Shown: one piece after another, positions 50,014 through 61,268 of the stretch
Position numbering within the stretch: the first letter of the stretch is position 1
Layout: each line of letters opens with the position of its first letter
Source: Eledone cirrhosa
Taxonomy: Eukaryota
Length of the DNA stretch: 64,000 nt
Assembly: GCA_964016885.1 (NCBI GenBank)
Contig: OZ024762.1
Span: forward strand, 11,532,001 to 11,596,000
Direction of reading: 5' to 3'
The notes under the pieces: model-generated
Databases searched by the model: none
Seen by the model: the letters and a program-made list of their open reading frames with translations, nothing else
Told to the model about the DNA's origin: nothing
Made by a program: the position numbers and the translations under genes

Positions 50014-50337
50014 CTGAGGATCCCCAAAGGACCGCACGGGTCACATATGTGTTGTCTGAGGGCCACACGGGTCACATATGTGTTGTCTGAGGGCCACACT
50101 CGACAACTAATTGCGTATATTACAATTGGTATTTTTCATTTTATATAACAAAGATAAAACATGCTTGCGCTGTAAAAACCTTTGTGTGGGCCGCAGGTGT
50201 GCTTGTAAAGGGCCGCAGGCCGCATGTTTTACATGCCTGCTCTATATAATATATATAATCTAGTAATGTTATTTAGTATCTAGTAATGTTATTTTCTGAA
50301 TGTTATATCATCATGTTATATATATATATATATATAT

Positions 50338-53300
50338 TAGTATGTCTTGGGGTACTCTATATAATATGTCTACAGTACCTAGTATGTCTTGGGGTAGTCT
50401 ATATAATATGTCTACAGTACCTAGTATGTCTTGGGGGTACTCTATATAATATGTCTACAGTACCTAGTATGTCTTGGGGGTAGTCTATATAATATGTCTA
50501 CAGTACCTAGTATGTCTTGGGGTACTCTATATAATATGTCTACAGTACCTAGTATGTCTTGGGGGTACTCTATATAATATGTCTACAGTACCTAGTATGT
50601 CTTGGGGTACTCTATATAATATGTCTACAGTACCTAGTATGTCTTGGGGGTACTCTATATAATATGTCTACAGTACCTAGTATATCTTGGGGGTAGTCTA
50701 TATAATATGTCTACAGTACCTAGTATGTCTTGGGGTACTCTATATAATATGTCTACAGTACCTAGTATGTCTTGGGGGTACTCTATATAATATGTCTACA
50801 GTACCTAGTATGTCTTGGGGGTAGTCTATATAATATGTCTACAGTACCTAGTATGTCTTGGGGTACTCTATATAATATGTCTACAGTACCTAGTATGTCT
50901 TGGGGTACTCTATATAATATGTCTACAGTACCTAGTATGTCTTGGGGGTACTCTATATAATATGTCTACAGTACCTAGTATGTCTTGGGGGTAGTCTATA
51001 TAATATGTCTACAGTACCTAGTATGTCTTGGGGTACTCTATATAATATGTCTACAGTACCTAGTATGTCTTGGGGGTACTCTATATAATATGTCTACAGT
51101 ACCTAGTATATCTTGGGGGTAGTCTATATAATATGTCTACAGTACCTAGTATGTCTTGGGGTACTCTATATAATATGTCTACAGTACCTAGTATGTCTTG
51201 GGGTACTCTATATAATATATCTACAGTACCTAGTATGTCTTGGGGGTAGTCTATATAATATGTCTACAGTACCTAGTATGTCTTGGGGTACTCTATATAA
51301 TATGTCTACAGTACCTAGTATGTCTTGGGGTACTCTATATAATATGTCTACAGTACCTAGTATGTCTTGGGGGTAGTCTATATAATATGTCTACAGTACC
51401 TAGTATGTCTTGGGGGTACTCTATATAATATGTCTACAGTACCTAGTATGTCTTGGGGTACTCTATATAATATGTCTACAGTACCTAGTATGTCTTGGGG
51501 GTACTCTATATAATATGTCTACAGTACCTAGTATGTCTTGGGGTACTCTATATAATATGTCTACAGTACCTAGTATGTCTTGGGGTAGTCTATATAATAT
51601 GTCTACAGTACCTAGTATGTCTTGGGGGTAGTCTGTATAATATGTCTACAGTACCTAGTATGTCTTGGGGGTAGTCTATATAATATGTCTACAGTACCTA
51701 GTATGTCTTGGGGGTAGTCTATATAATATGTCTACAGTACCTAGTATGTCTTGGGGTACTCTATATAATATGTCTACAGTACCTAGTATGTCTTGGGGTA
51801 GTCTATATAATATGTCTACAGTACCTAGTATGTCTTGGGGGTAGTCTATATAATATGTCTACAGTACCTAGTATGTCTTGGGGTACTCTATATAATATGT
51901 CTACAGTACCTAGTATGTCTTGGGGGTAGTCTATATAATATGTCTACAGTACCTAGTATATCTTGGGGGTACTCTATATAATATGTCTACAGTACCTAGT
52001 ATGTCTTGGGGGTACTCTATATAATATGTCTACAGTACCTAGTATGTCTTGGGGTACTCTATATAATATGTCTACAGTACCTAGTATGTCTTGGGGTACT
52101 CTATATAATATGTCTACAGTACCTAGTATGTCTTGGGGTACTCTATATAATATGTCTACAGTACCTAGTATGTCTTGGGGTACTCTATATAATATGTCTA
52201 CAGTACCTAGTATGTCTTGGGGGTACTCTATATAATATGTCTACAGTACCTAGTATGTCTTGGGGTACTCTATATAATATGTCTACAGTACCTAGTATGT
52301 CTTGGGGTACTCTATATAATATGTCTACAGTACCTAGTATGTCTTGGGGTACTCTATATAATATGTCTACAGTACCTAGTATGTCTTGGGGGTACTCTAT
52401 ATAATATGTCTACAGTACCTAGTATGTCTTGGGGTACTCTATATAATGTCTACAGTACCTAGTATGTCTTGGGGGTAGTCTATATAATATGTCTACAGTA
52501 CCTAGTATGTCTTGGGGGTAGTCTATATAATATGTCTACAGTACCTAGTATGTCTTGGGGGTACTCTATATAATATGTCTACAGTACCTAGTATGTCTTG
52601 GGGGTACTCTATATAATATGTCTACAGTACCTAGTATGTCTTGGGGTACTCTATATAATATGTCTACAGTACCTAGTATGTCTTGGGGGTACTCTATATA
52701 ATATGTCTACAGTACCTAGTATGTCTTGGGGGTACTCTATATAATATGTCTACAGTACCTAGTATGTCTTGGGGTACTCTATATAATATGTCTACAGTAC
52801 CTAGTATATCTTGGGGGTAGTCTATATAATATGTCTACAGTACCTAGTATATCTTGGGGGTAGTCTATATAATATGTCTACAGTACCTAGTATGTCATGG
52901 GGTAGTCTATATAATATGTCTACAGTACCTAGTATATCTTGGGGGTAGTCTATATAATATGTCTACAGTACCTAGTATGTCTTGGGGGTAGTCTATATAA
53001 TATGTCTACAGTACCTAGTATGTCTTGGGGTACTCTATATAATATGTCTACAGTACCTAGTATGTCTTGGGGGTAGTCTATATAATATGTCTACAGTACC
53101 TAGTATGTCTTGGGGTACTCTATATAATATGTCTACAGTACCTAGTATATCTTGGGGGTAGTCTATATAATATGTCTACAGTACCTAGTATGTCTTGGGG
53201 TAGTCTATATAATATGTCTACAGTACCTAGTATATCTTGGGGGTAGTCTATATAATATGTCTACAGTACCTAGTATGTCTTGGGGGTAGTCTATATAATA

Positions 53301-53828
53301 TGTCTACAGTACCTAGTATGTCTTGGGGTACTCTATATAATATGTCTACAGTACCTAGTATGTCTTGGGGGTAGTCTATATAATATGTCTACAGTACCTA
53401 GTATGTCTTGGGGTACTCTATATAATATGTCTACAGTACCTAGTATGTCTTGGGGGTAGTCTATATAATATGTCTACAGTACCTAGTATGTCTTGGGGTA
53501 CTCTATATAATATGTCTACAGTACCTAGTATGTCTTGGGGGTAGTCTATATAATATGTCTACAGTACCTAGTATGTCTTGGGGTACTCTATATAATATGT
53601 CTACAGTACCTAGTATATCTTGGGGGTAGTCTATATAATATGTCTACAGTACCTAGTATGTCTTGGGGTAGTCTATATAATATGTCTACAGTACCTAGTA
53701 TATCTTGGGGGTAGTCTATATAATATGTCTACAGTACCTAGTATGTCTTGGGGGTAGTCTATATAATATGTCTACAGTACCTAGTATGTCTTGGGGTACT
53801 CTATATAATATGTCTACAGTACCTAGTA
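50338..53828. repeat. 3.5-kb minisatellite, 42/43-bp unit, about 82 copies
   Basis: TAGTATGTCTTGGGG(G)TA(C/G)TCTATATAATATGTCTACAGTACC in FIRRM intron 20. Confidence 0.97.
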
Positions 53829-53902
53829 GTGTTATTTTCTCAATACTGTATTGACATTTGATGTTATGTTTTATTCAGTTTCTTGATATTTTCTATTTTT
53901 AG

Positions 53903-54112
53903 GCTTCTGCCATTATTGGTTCCTGTTTTCCAAGAATATTCCAACATCTGCTGTTTGATTCCAACAGCTTACTCCATCACCAGGCCATAGAAGCATTCGC
54001 TACATTTGCTCAGGAGACAACTTGTGAAGCTTTAGTTCCACAGTGTCTACAAATGCAGGATTCTATAAGAGAAAGGTTACTTCAAGATACTGCAGTCGCT
54101 TATTTGAATCGT
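53903..54112 (+). CDS. FIRRM: FIRRM exon 21
   Basis: IFQHLLFDSNSLLHHQAIEAFATFAQETTCEALVPQCL...AYLNR. Confidence 0.9.
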
Positions 54113-54141
54113 GTAAGTAAAACTTCTTCTAAACAGTCATT

Positions 54142-54226
<85 letters not shown>

Positions 54227-54322
54227 TTATCTCTCTCTGTCTCTCACTATATATGTATATATAAGAAAATGAGGTTTTTTTTAAATAAAAAAACGAGATG
54301 TCCTACACGGGTGAAAGTATAA

Positions 54323-54557
54323 GGAAAAGAAATCGAAAATGCAGCTGGAGTCTTTTTAAGAATATTTATTTATTTATTTCCTTTACCGGTTTCACAGTTC
54401 TTATGCTTTTCAAAAGTAGAATTGAGATGCGAGAAAAACCACAAACCCTCCATCTCAATTCTACTTTTGAAAAGCATAAGAACTGTGAAACCGGTAAAGG
54501 AAATAAATAAATAAATATTCTTAAAAAGACTCCAGCTGCATTTTCGATTTCTTTTCC
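54323..54557. repeat. Perfect inverted repeat, 107-bp arms, 21-nt loop
   Basis: 54323-54429 is the exact reverse complement of 54451-54557. Confidence 0.95.
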
Positions 54558-54628
54558 ATATATATATATCTTTGTCTCTCTCTCTGCTTATTAAATACCT
54601 CTCTTCTCTCCAAAAATCTCTATTCTAG

Positions 54629-54772
54629 ACTGCATACAACTGTGATGGATTCCAGCTTACTGAATACCTTTCTTCTCAAAGACATATCATCAATGAAGAC
54701 ATTATTTTAACTCCCTCTAAGTTGGAACTAAATAAGAAACATCCTGAAGATATTCCACAAGATTTGTTGAAG
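54629..54772 (+). CDS. FIRRM: FIRRM exon 22
   Basis: TAYNCDGFQLTEYLSSQRHII...QDLLK; phase 0-0. Confidence 0.72.
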
Positions 54773-54779
54773 GTCAGTT

Positions 54780-55260
54780 TACTGCTACTAACTACCACCA
54801 CCACCACTACTACTACTACCACCACTACTACTAATGCTACTACCACCACCACTACTACTATCATTACCACCACTACTACTATCACTACCGCCACTACTAC
54901 TATCACTACCGCCACTACTACTACAACAACTACCACCACCACCACTACTACTACCACCACTACTACTAATGCTACTACCACCACCACTACTACTATCACT
55001 ACCACCACTACTACTATCACTACCGCCACTACTACTACAACCACCACCACCACTACTAGTATCACTACTACTACTACTACTACTACTGCTGCTGCTACTA
55101 CTACTAACTACCACCACCACTACTACTATCACTGCTACTACTACTACCACCACTACCACTCCTGCTGCTACTACTACTAACTACCACCACCACTATCACT
55201 ACCACCACTACTACTACTACTATCACTACCACCACTGCTACTACTACCAACACCACCACA
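54780..55260. repeat. (ACT/ACC)n trinucleotide tract
   Basis: Direct inspection. Confidence 0.9.
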
Positions 55261-55599
55261 TTTGAAAAGGCTTACACATAGTCTCTGTCTACCTATCTTC
55301 ACTCACAAGGTTTAGGTCATCCCGGGGCTATGGTTAAGATACTTGCCCAAGATGTTATGCAGCAGGATCAAAGCCATCATCACATCATGATTGAAAGTGA
55401 ACATCTTAACCACTTAGCCATGCTACATTCACAAAATAATCTATATAAATAGTTTATTAAGCCATTAAGCTATTGTTTGTGTCCACAAAAGACACAATAC
55501 ATATATAATATGGCTGTGTTGTTTTGTTTTTTATCTTTAATCAATACCGATAGATCAATAAAAATAAACCAGTAAAGATAATATTGATTTTATTTGCAG

Positions 55600-55674
55600 G
55601 AAGTAAAGCCATCATCATCTTCATCATCATCACAGGATGTAGAACCACAAATTTCAGATACAGAATCTAGGGAG
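55600..55674 (+). CDS. FIRRM: FIRRM exon 23 (Ser-rich linker)
   Basis: EVKPSSSSSSSQDVEPQISDTESRE; good splice sites, phase 0-0, low conservation. Confidence 0.62.
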
Positions 55675-55684
55675 GTAAAATATT

Positions 55685-56580
55685 CTTCTCTCTTCTCTCA
55701 TCTTCACCCACTTATTCCTGAGAGGGTCGTGGAGGCAGAGTCCTCAAACACTCCTTCCAGCGGGTTCTGTCAAAAGCAACTGTCTCCAACTGATCTGGCT
55801 GGATACCCCCCCCCCCCCCACCTAAGCAAGACTAGCCAAGCTCATGGATGTTATCCAACCATCTTGTTCAGAGATACTATTTCTCGGTCTCCTGCCAGTT
55901 GGTTTTACCCTTAAAATCTGTCCAGTGATTCTTTCCTGAGACATTCTAACCACATGCTTGTAGTATCGGAGCTGTGATCTCTCAATTCGGTGAAGTAGCA
56001 GCTCTATCTGGAGTAACTCTCTGATCTCCGAGCCACAAATCTGTCCAGTGATTCTTTCCTGAGACATTCTAACCACATGCTTGTAGTATCGGAGCTGTGA
56101 TCTCTCAATTCGGTGAAGTAGCAGCTCTATCTGGAGTAACTCTCTGATCTCCGAGCCACAAATCTGTCCAGTGATTCTTTCCTGAGACATTCTAACCACA
56201 TGCTTGTAGTATCGGAGCTGTGATCTCTCAATTTGGTGAAGTAGCAGCTCTATCTGGAGTAACTCTCTGATCTCCGAGCCACAAATCTGTCCAGTGATTC
56301 TTTCCTGAGACATTCTAACCACATGCTTGTAGTATCGGAGCTGTGATCTCTCAATTCGGTGAAGTAGCAGCTCTACCTGGAGTGACTCTCTGATCTCCGA
56401 GCCACAAATCTGTCCAGTGATTCTTTCCTGAGACATTCTAACCACATTTCCATAGTATCAGAGCTGTGATCTCTCAATTCGGAGAAGTAATGGCTCTACC
56501 TGGAGTGACTCTCTGATCTCCAAGCTACACACTTTATCGAATAACGTTACTCCAAAGACCCTTCGGAGGAATCCCATTTC
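55685..56580 (-). mobile_element. RTE-like LINE 3' fragment with 5 tandem 123-bp units
   Basis: TCCAGTGATT at 55921, 56044, 56167, 56290 and 56413; IERSQLRYYKHVVRM...KPTGRRPR. Confidence 0.8.
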
Positions 56581-56890
56581 GGCTGCTTGTATTTGCATAA
56601 AATATTTACAGCTACTGTGAACAGAAAGACGTTCGAGAATTCTGGCCAGTTTAGATGCTAAAGGGTCAGTAAAAATTTCTGAAAATGTATACTCATGTAG
56701 AATACACCCTCCCTAATTTTAATTCAAAATTTCTTGTAATCTACACAAGAAAATACAGTATATTTGATGTGTTGGTGTGAGTTTAGATTGTAAGGCTCAC
56801 TTAACCTGAAGGTTGGGAGTTCAAACACTGCTTCTGCCAGTATCAATAACTGAATGGATAAAATATAAATGCTACCACTGTTGTCAATAC

Positions 56891-57088
56891 CAGGCATGTC
56901 AAACATGCGACCCGCGGGCTGCATGTGCCCTTTACAAGCACACCTGTGGCTCACACAAAGGTTTTTACAGCAGGAGCATGTTTTATCTTCATAATATAAA
57001 ATTTTTAAAAATTGTTGTAATGTGCGCAATTAGTTGTCGTGTGTGGCCCTCAGACAACATATATGTGACCCTCGGTTTGACATGCCTG
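56891..57088. mobile_element. hAT (Charlie-like) MITE
   Basis: TIR CAGGCATGTCAAAC / GTTTGACATGCCTG; 8-bp flanks GTCAATAC/GTCTACAC. Relatives at about 28846-29032 and 50010-50238. Confidence 0.75.
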
Positions 57089-57373
57089 GTCTACACCATC
57101 ATCATCATCACCAACATTATCAACATTGTCATTGATAATTGTTTCTACTTTTGGCACAAGGCCAGCAATTACCCAGTGCAATGTTGTCAATGCTGTCATC
57201 GTTCTCATCGTTGCCATCATTATCACCATCATTGTCATCACCAACATTATCAACATCATTATGGTTGTTGTCATCATTATCGTCATCACCGTCATCACCG
57301 TCATTCTCGTCATCACCATCATTGTCATTATAATCATCATCATCATTGTCATCATAGTCCTCTCTTCTTACAG

Positions 57374-57568
57374 CCTCTGAAGAAAAAGCCCAAAACCCAG
57401 ACCAGTCCAGACATACGACAAGACGAAGACTATCGGAACATCCTAGACTTGTTACACGGCAACATCCAGCGACTACAGTTGCTACGGCAACAAGACACCG
57501 CTGCTCCACCCAACTGGGTCATTACTGAACTAGATACAGTTTGTAAACAGCTGAGTTCTTTCCACTGA
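57374..57568 (+). CDS. FIRRM: FIRRM last coding exon
   Basis: PLKKKPK (NLS-like)...EDYRNILDLL...PPNWVITELDTVCKQLSSFH-stop. Confidence 0.87.
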   Translation, partial: PLKKKPKTQTSPDIRQDEDYRNILDLLHGNIQRLQLLRQQDTAAPPNWVITELDTVCKQLSSFH

Positions 57569-58080
57569 TGTCTGTCAGTTCGTCCATCCATCTGTCTGTC
57601 TATCCATCCGTCTGTTTGTCTGTCAATCCATCTGTCTGTTTGTCTGTCTTTTTGTCTGATCCGTCCAATTGTCTATCTATCCATCCATCCATCTGTCTGA
57701 TTATCAGCCTGTCCATCTATGTCTATCCGTCTCTCCATCTATCCGTCTCTCTGTTTGTCTGTCTGTCTGTCCATCTATCTATCCGTCTGTCTGTCCATCT
57801 ATCTATCCGTCTGTCCATCTATCTGTCCGTCTGTCCATCTATCTGTCTATCCGTCTGTCCATCTGTCTGTCTATCCGTCTGTCCGTCTGTCCGTCTGTCC
57901 ATCTATCTGTCTGTCCGTCTGTCCGTCTGTCCATCTATCTGTCTGCCCGTCTGTCCATCTATCCGTCTGTCCGTCTGCCTGTCTATCTATCCATCTGTCT
58001 GTCTGTCCATCTATCTGTCTGCCTATCTGTCTATCCATCTATCTATCTATCTGTCTGCCTGCCTATCTATCCATCTGTCT
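57569..58080. repeat. (TCTG/TCCA/TCTA/TCCG)n tetranucleotide tract immediately after the FIRRM stop
   Basis: Direct inspection. Confidence 0.9.
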
Positions 58081-59042
58081 GGTTCTTATCCCAGCTATTT
58101 CAATATTACAGAGGAAGCCAACTGTGTTGTTATTGTTATAAAGTTAAAATATACTTTAAGACAAATGAAATATATATTTGTTAATGGAAATGTTTGTAGT
58201 AGCAAGAGTTGTGGACAGATTGTTGTTAACATTTGCAATATTAGACCAAGTAAAGATTTCAGTTTTTTTATGTGATGAAGTCATAGTGCTGTTTTGTACT
58301 TTTCAAGAATGTTTTACTAATGTGGTTTCATGTGGTACAGGACTTTGAGAGTTATGTTAGGATTTTTTTCAACACGCTTACGCATATGTGTATGTGCGTA
58401 TGCGTACATTTATATGTATGTGTATATGAATATAAACGTGCAAACACAGACACACACAGATATACATTCACACACACACAGCGTAGCAAATGGAACACCA
58501 TCTCATTCCATTTCTCTTCACAACATCCATCAGTAGCTCTGTTCCTCTCACCTAGTCACTCTTTCATCCTTCCTCAACACGTGACCCAACCATCTCATTC
58601 CATTTCTCTGTACAACATCCTTCAGTGGCTCTGTTCCCCTCATCCAGTCACACAGAGCCATGCTTGGTGATGCAGAGACAGCAAATAATAGCAGCAACAA
58701 CAACAACAATAAATAATTCATTTTATTTTTGTTTTTTATATCTGTAAAGATATCAAAGTAAAATGTATAACAACTAAAAAAAATAAAAAATACATGTCTC
58801 ATGATAGAAGGAAAATGTTTCCATATGAGAGAAGGGTGGGGGGCATGTATATGTACACACTCATATATATACACATATACACATATATATATATATATAT
58901 ATACACATACATATATGTACACATACTCACAGATATATATATATATATGAACACATATACATAAATACATATATATATACACACACATCTATACATATTT
59001 ATGTGTATATATAAATATGTAAGTGTATGTACATATACACAA

Positions 59043-59077
<35 letters not shown>

Positions 59078-59291
59078 TTTACATATGTGTGTGTGTGTGT
59101 GTGTGTGGAAAGAGACACACGCGGAGACTGTCACAGAGAAAAGGAGTTTTCTTTAAGCCAAAACAACATTTTATTTTTATTTTTCAATTTTTGGTGTATT
59201 TTCTTTTCTTTGGCTTATATTGTGTTCCATTTGTTGGGATCTGTGTATTGACAATAATGGTTAAACCAACCAAAAACAACTAATGTTGTCT

Positions 59292-59405
59292 TCATTCTAA
59301 GACTGCCTGGCATTCCTTGCCATTTTCTAGTTTATAATTTAGTCCATGATTTAAATCAAACTCCCAACGAAGGTTGGCATATAACAAGTCTGTTACTAAA
59401 AAGAT
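59292..59405 (-). CDS. PIGU: PIGU last coding exon (an alternative in-frame acceptor would start it at 59453)
   Basis: IFLVTDLLYANLRWEFDLNHGLNYKLENGKECQAVLE-stop. Confidence 0.88.
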   Translation of the reverse strand: MFLVTDLLYANLRWEFDLNHGLNYKLENGKECQAVLE

Positions 59406-59702
59406 CTGCAAAGAGAAAAGAGAAGCATATAACAAGTCTGTTACTAAAAAGATCTGCAAAGAGAAGCATATAACAAGTCTGTTACTAAAAAGATTTGCAA
59501 AGAGAAAACATAACATCATCACTGTTTAACCCTTTACCATTTACATTACTCAATATTTACTATTGTATTTTCACAGTAAAGGCTTTACCTCAGAGAGGAG
59601 ACAGAGAGACATTCACGGACAGGGAGACAGACAGACATATTGATGAATAGACAGGCAGACTGATAGATAAATAGAGTGACAGAGACGAATTCTAGAACTT
59701 AC

Positions 59703-59845
59703 TTCTGCTGTTGTGAAGACTAAAGTGATGGCGAAGTAGAAGTTGGCATTTGCACTTCCTGCGTAGAGCCAGAGATGCCAGAGAAGAGGAGAGAACACGG
59801 TGCTGGTTATAAACATACAGGTTACTATGAAACTGTTCCGTAAAT
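59703..59845 (-). CDS. PIGU: PIGU exon
   Basis: LRNSFIVTCMFITSTVFSPLLWHLWLYAGSANANFYFAITLVFTTAE. Confidence 0.95.
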
Positions 59846-60179
59846 CTGGTCGGGAGAAAATAAGAGAGATAGAAAGATATATTACATTAGTATCACCGGA
59901 GCAGTGTGTGTATGTGGCCATGCTGAAAATGTAGATATATATATATATTCATTATATATGTATTCATTACAATCACTGGAGCAGTATATTTTCATTTAAT
60001 TTTACGGCCGCTTTTCCCTGCTTGCAAGGGTGGGGCAGGAACTGATTCTGGCTTGATTTCTACAGCTGGATGCCCTTCCTAACACCAACCTCATTTACAG
60101 TGAGTGCTGGGTGCTTTTTTGCCGTGGCACCTCCACGACCACTTTGCAGTGGAATGATAGGGACCCCAGTCCCTATCAT

Positions 60180-60330
60180 CTCATTTCTACAGCTGAGTAA
60201 ACTGGAGCAATGTGAAATAAAGTGTCTTGCTCAAGGAAACAACACATCACCTGGTCTGAGTGATGTGTTGTTTCCTTGAGCAAGACACTTTATTTCACAT
60301 TGCTCCAGTTTACTCAGTTGTAGAAATGAG
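60180..60330. repeat. Fold-back of a SINE B segment: 71-bp arms, 9-nt loop
   Basis: 60180-60250 versus 60260-60330, one mismatch. Confidence 0.9.
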
Positions 60331-60359
60331 TATATATGTATATATATATATCATCATTT

Positions 60360-60730
60360 TAAGTCTGCTTTTCTCTGCTCACAAGGGTGGGACAGGTCCT
60401 ATTCAGCACAGCATCTCTCCATTTGTCACGGTCCTTCGTCATCTCCTCTGAGTTTCAGCGATCTGAAGTCTGCTCTCACCACCTCCGCCCATGTTTTTCG
60501 TTGTCTTCCTTCCACTAGGATTTCTTGGCACTTCTTTACCCAGCGGTCATCCTCCATGCGTATCACATGTCCATACCAATGCAGTCTTCTCTCCCACACA
60601 CTACAGTTTATCCCTCTTATACACAGTTTCACTCTCAACTCGTCCATGCTTATTCATTCACGTACATTGACATTACACATCCATCAGAGCATGCTTGCTT
60701 CATTTCTCTCTAGCTTCGCATATCCTCCAT
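60360..60730 (-). mobile_element. RTE-like LINE 3' fragment (second family)
   Basis: RRLHWYGHVIRMEDDRWVKKC...GRQRKTW; related WLGHVLRK fragments at about 42080-42420 and 58490-58660. Confidence 0.75.
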
Positions 60731-60999
60731 ATTTGCTAATGGGTTAATGGGTAATCGGAGAAGAGTTGTTGTTGGCTGGCAGATTTAATTTAAATGTATG
60801 AAAAAGATGTTAAAATTTAAAGTTTTGTGCCTGTGTGTATTCTCTATAACTCCTATTACCTTGGCACTTATTCTCGCAAGCATTGTTGGGCTTCCAAATA
60901 TTTAAACTTATTTAAATTTGTATTTCTTATTCCACAATGTTTCAAGCAAACTACAATATTAAAAAAAAAAATAAATGGAAAAAAATGTGGAGAACTCAC

Positions 61000-61268
61000 A
61001 TGGAAAGAGATGTTTCCAGAGTGGGAGGAGAGAGAGGAAGAGTGCAACATCCGAGTAGCTCGGATAAGACTTGAACACTCCAGTGAGGAATGTGAGAATA
61101 TACATAAGGAAAAGTGGCTGCTCCTTGAACCGAATTGCAAGGGGAACTGTGTAGATGACAGCATTAATTTGGAACACAAACAGGAAGAAGATACGGAAGT
61201 GTTCGAACATTTCGGTAAAGAAATACCAAAATACACCAATGTTTGGAGTTAAATCTGGCACCGTGAAT
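61000..61268 (-). CDS. PIGU: PIGU exon
   Basis: [25 protein letters not shown]...[25 protein letters not shown]. Confidence 0.95.

Larger units (their letters stand above)
34528..57568 (+). other. FIRRM: Gene model: FIRRM / C1orf112 (FIGNL1-interacting regulator of recombination and mitosis) orthologue, 24 coding exons, 2850 nt / 949 aa
   Basis: All 24 exons join in one open frame. The segments SW...CRKELDQALPKL, FLPH, ENIHSL, FSPPSL, LYEYICTNLC, ADVWCFIGRYGSASLCHHHV, EAFATFAQET...LVPQCL and PPNW match the recalled human C1orf112 in order. Confidence 0.9.

Noticed and set aside
50338-53828. Regular 42-43 bp array resembling a CRISPR
   Set aside because: There are no unique spacers, the units are wholly repeated, there are no cas genes, and it lies in a spliceosomal intron.
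54676-55265. Poly-Thr/Val/Pro mucin-like ORFs
   Set aside because: A trinucleotide tract downstream of the exon 22 donor at 54773.
55822-56445. 207-aa repeat protein on the minus strand
   Set aside because: A tandemly amplified RTE C-terminal fragment with no RT or endonuclease domain.
56813-57373. His/Cys-rich N-terminal part of the 251-aa ORF
   Set aside because: A hAT MITE plus (CAT)n tract; only 57374-57568 is exon.
60827-61252. 141-aa plus-strand ORF
   Set aside because: The antisense shadow of the PIGU exon.
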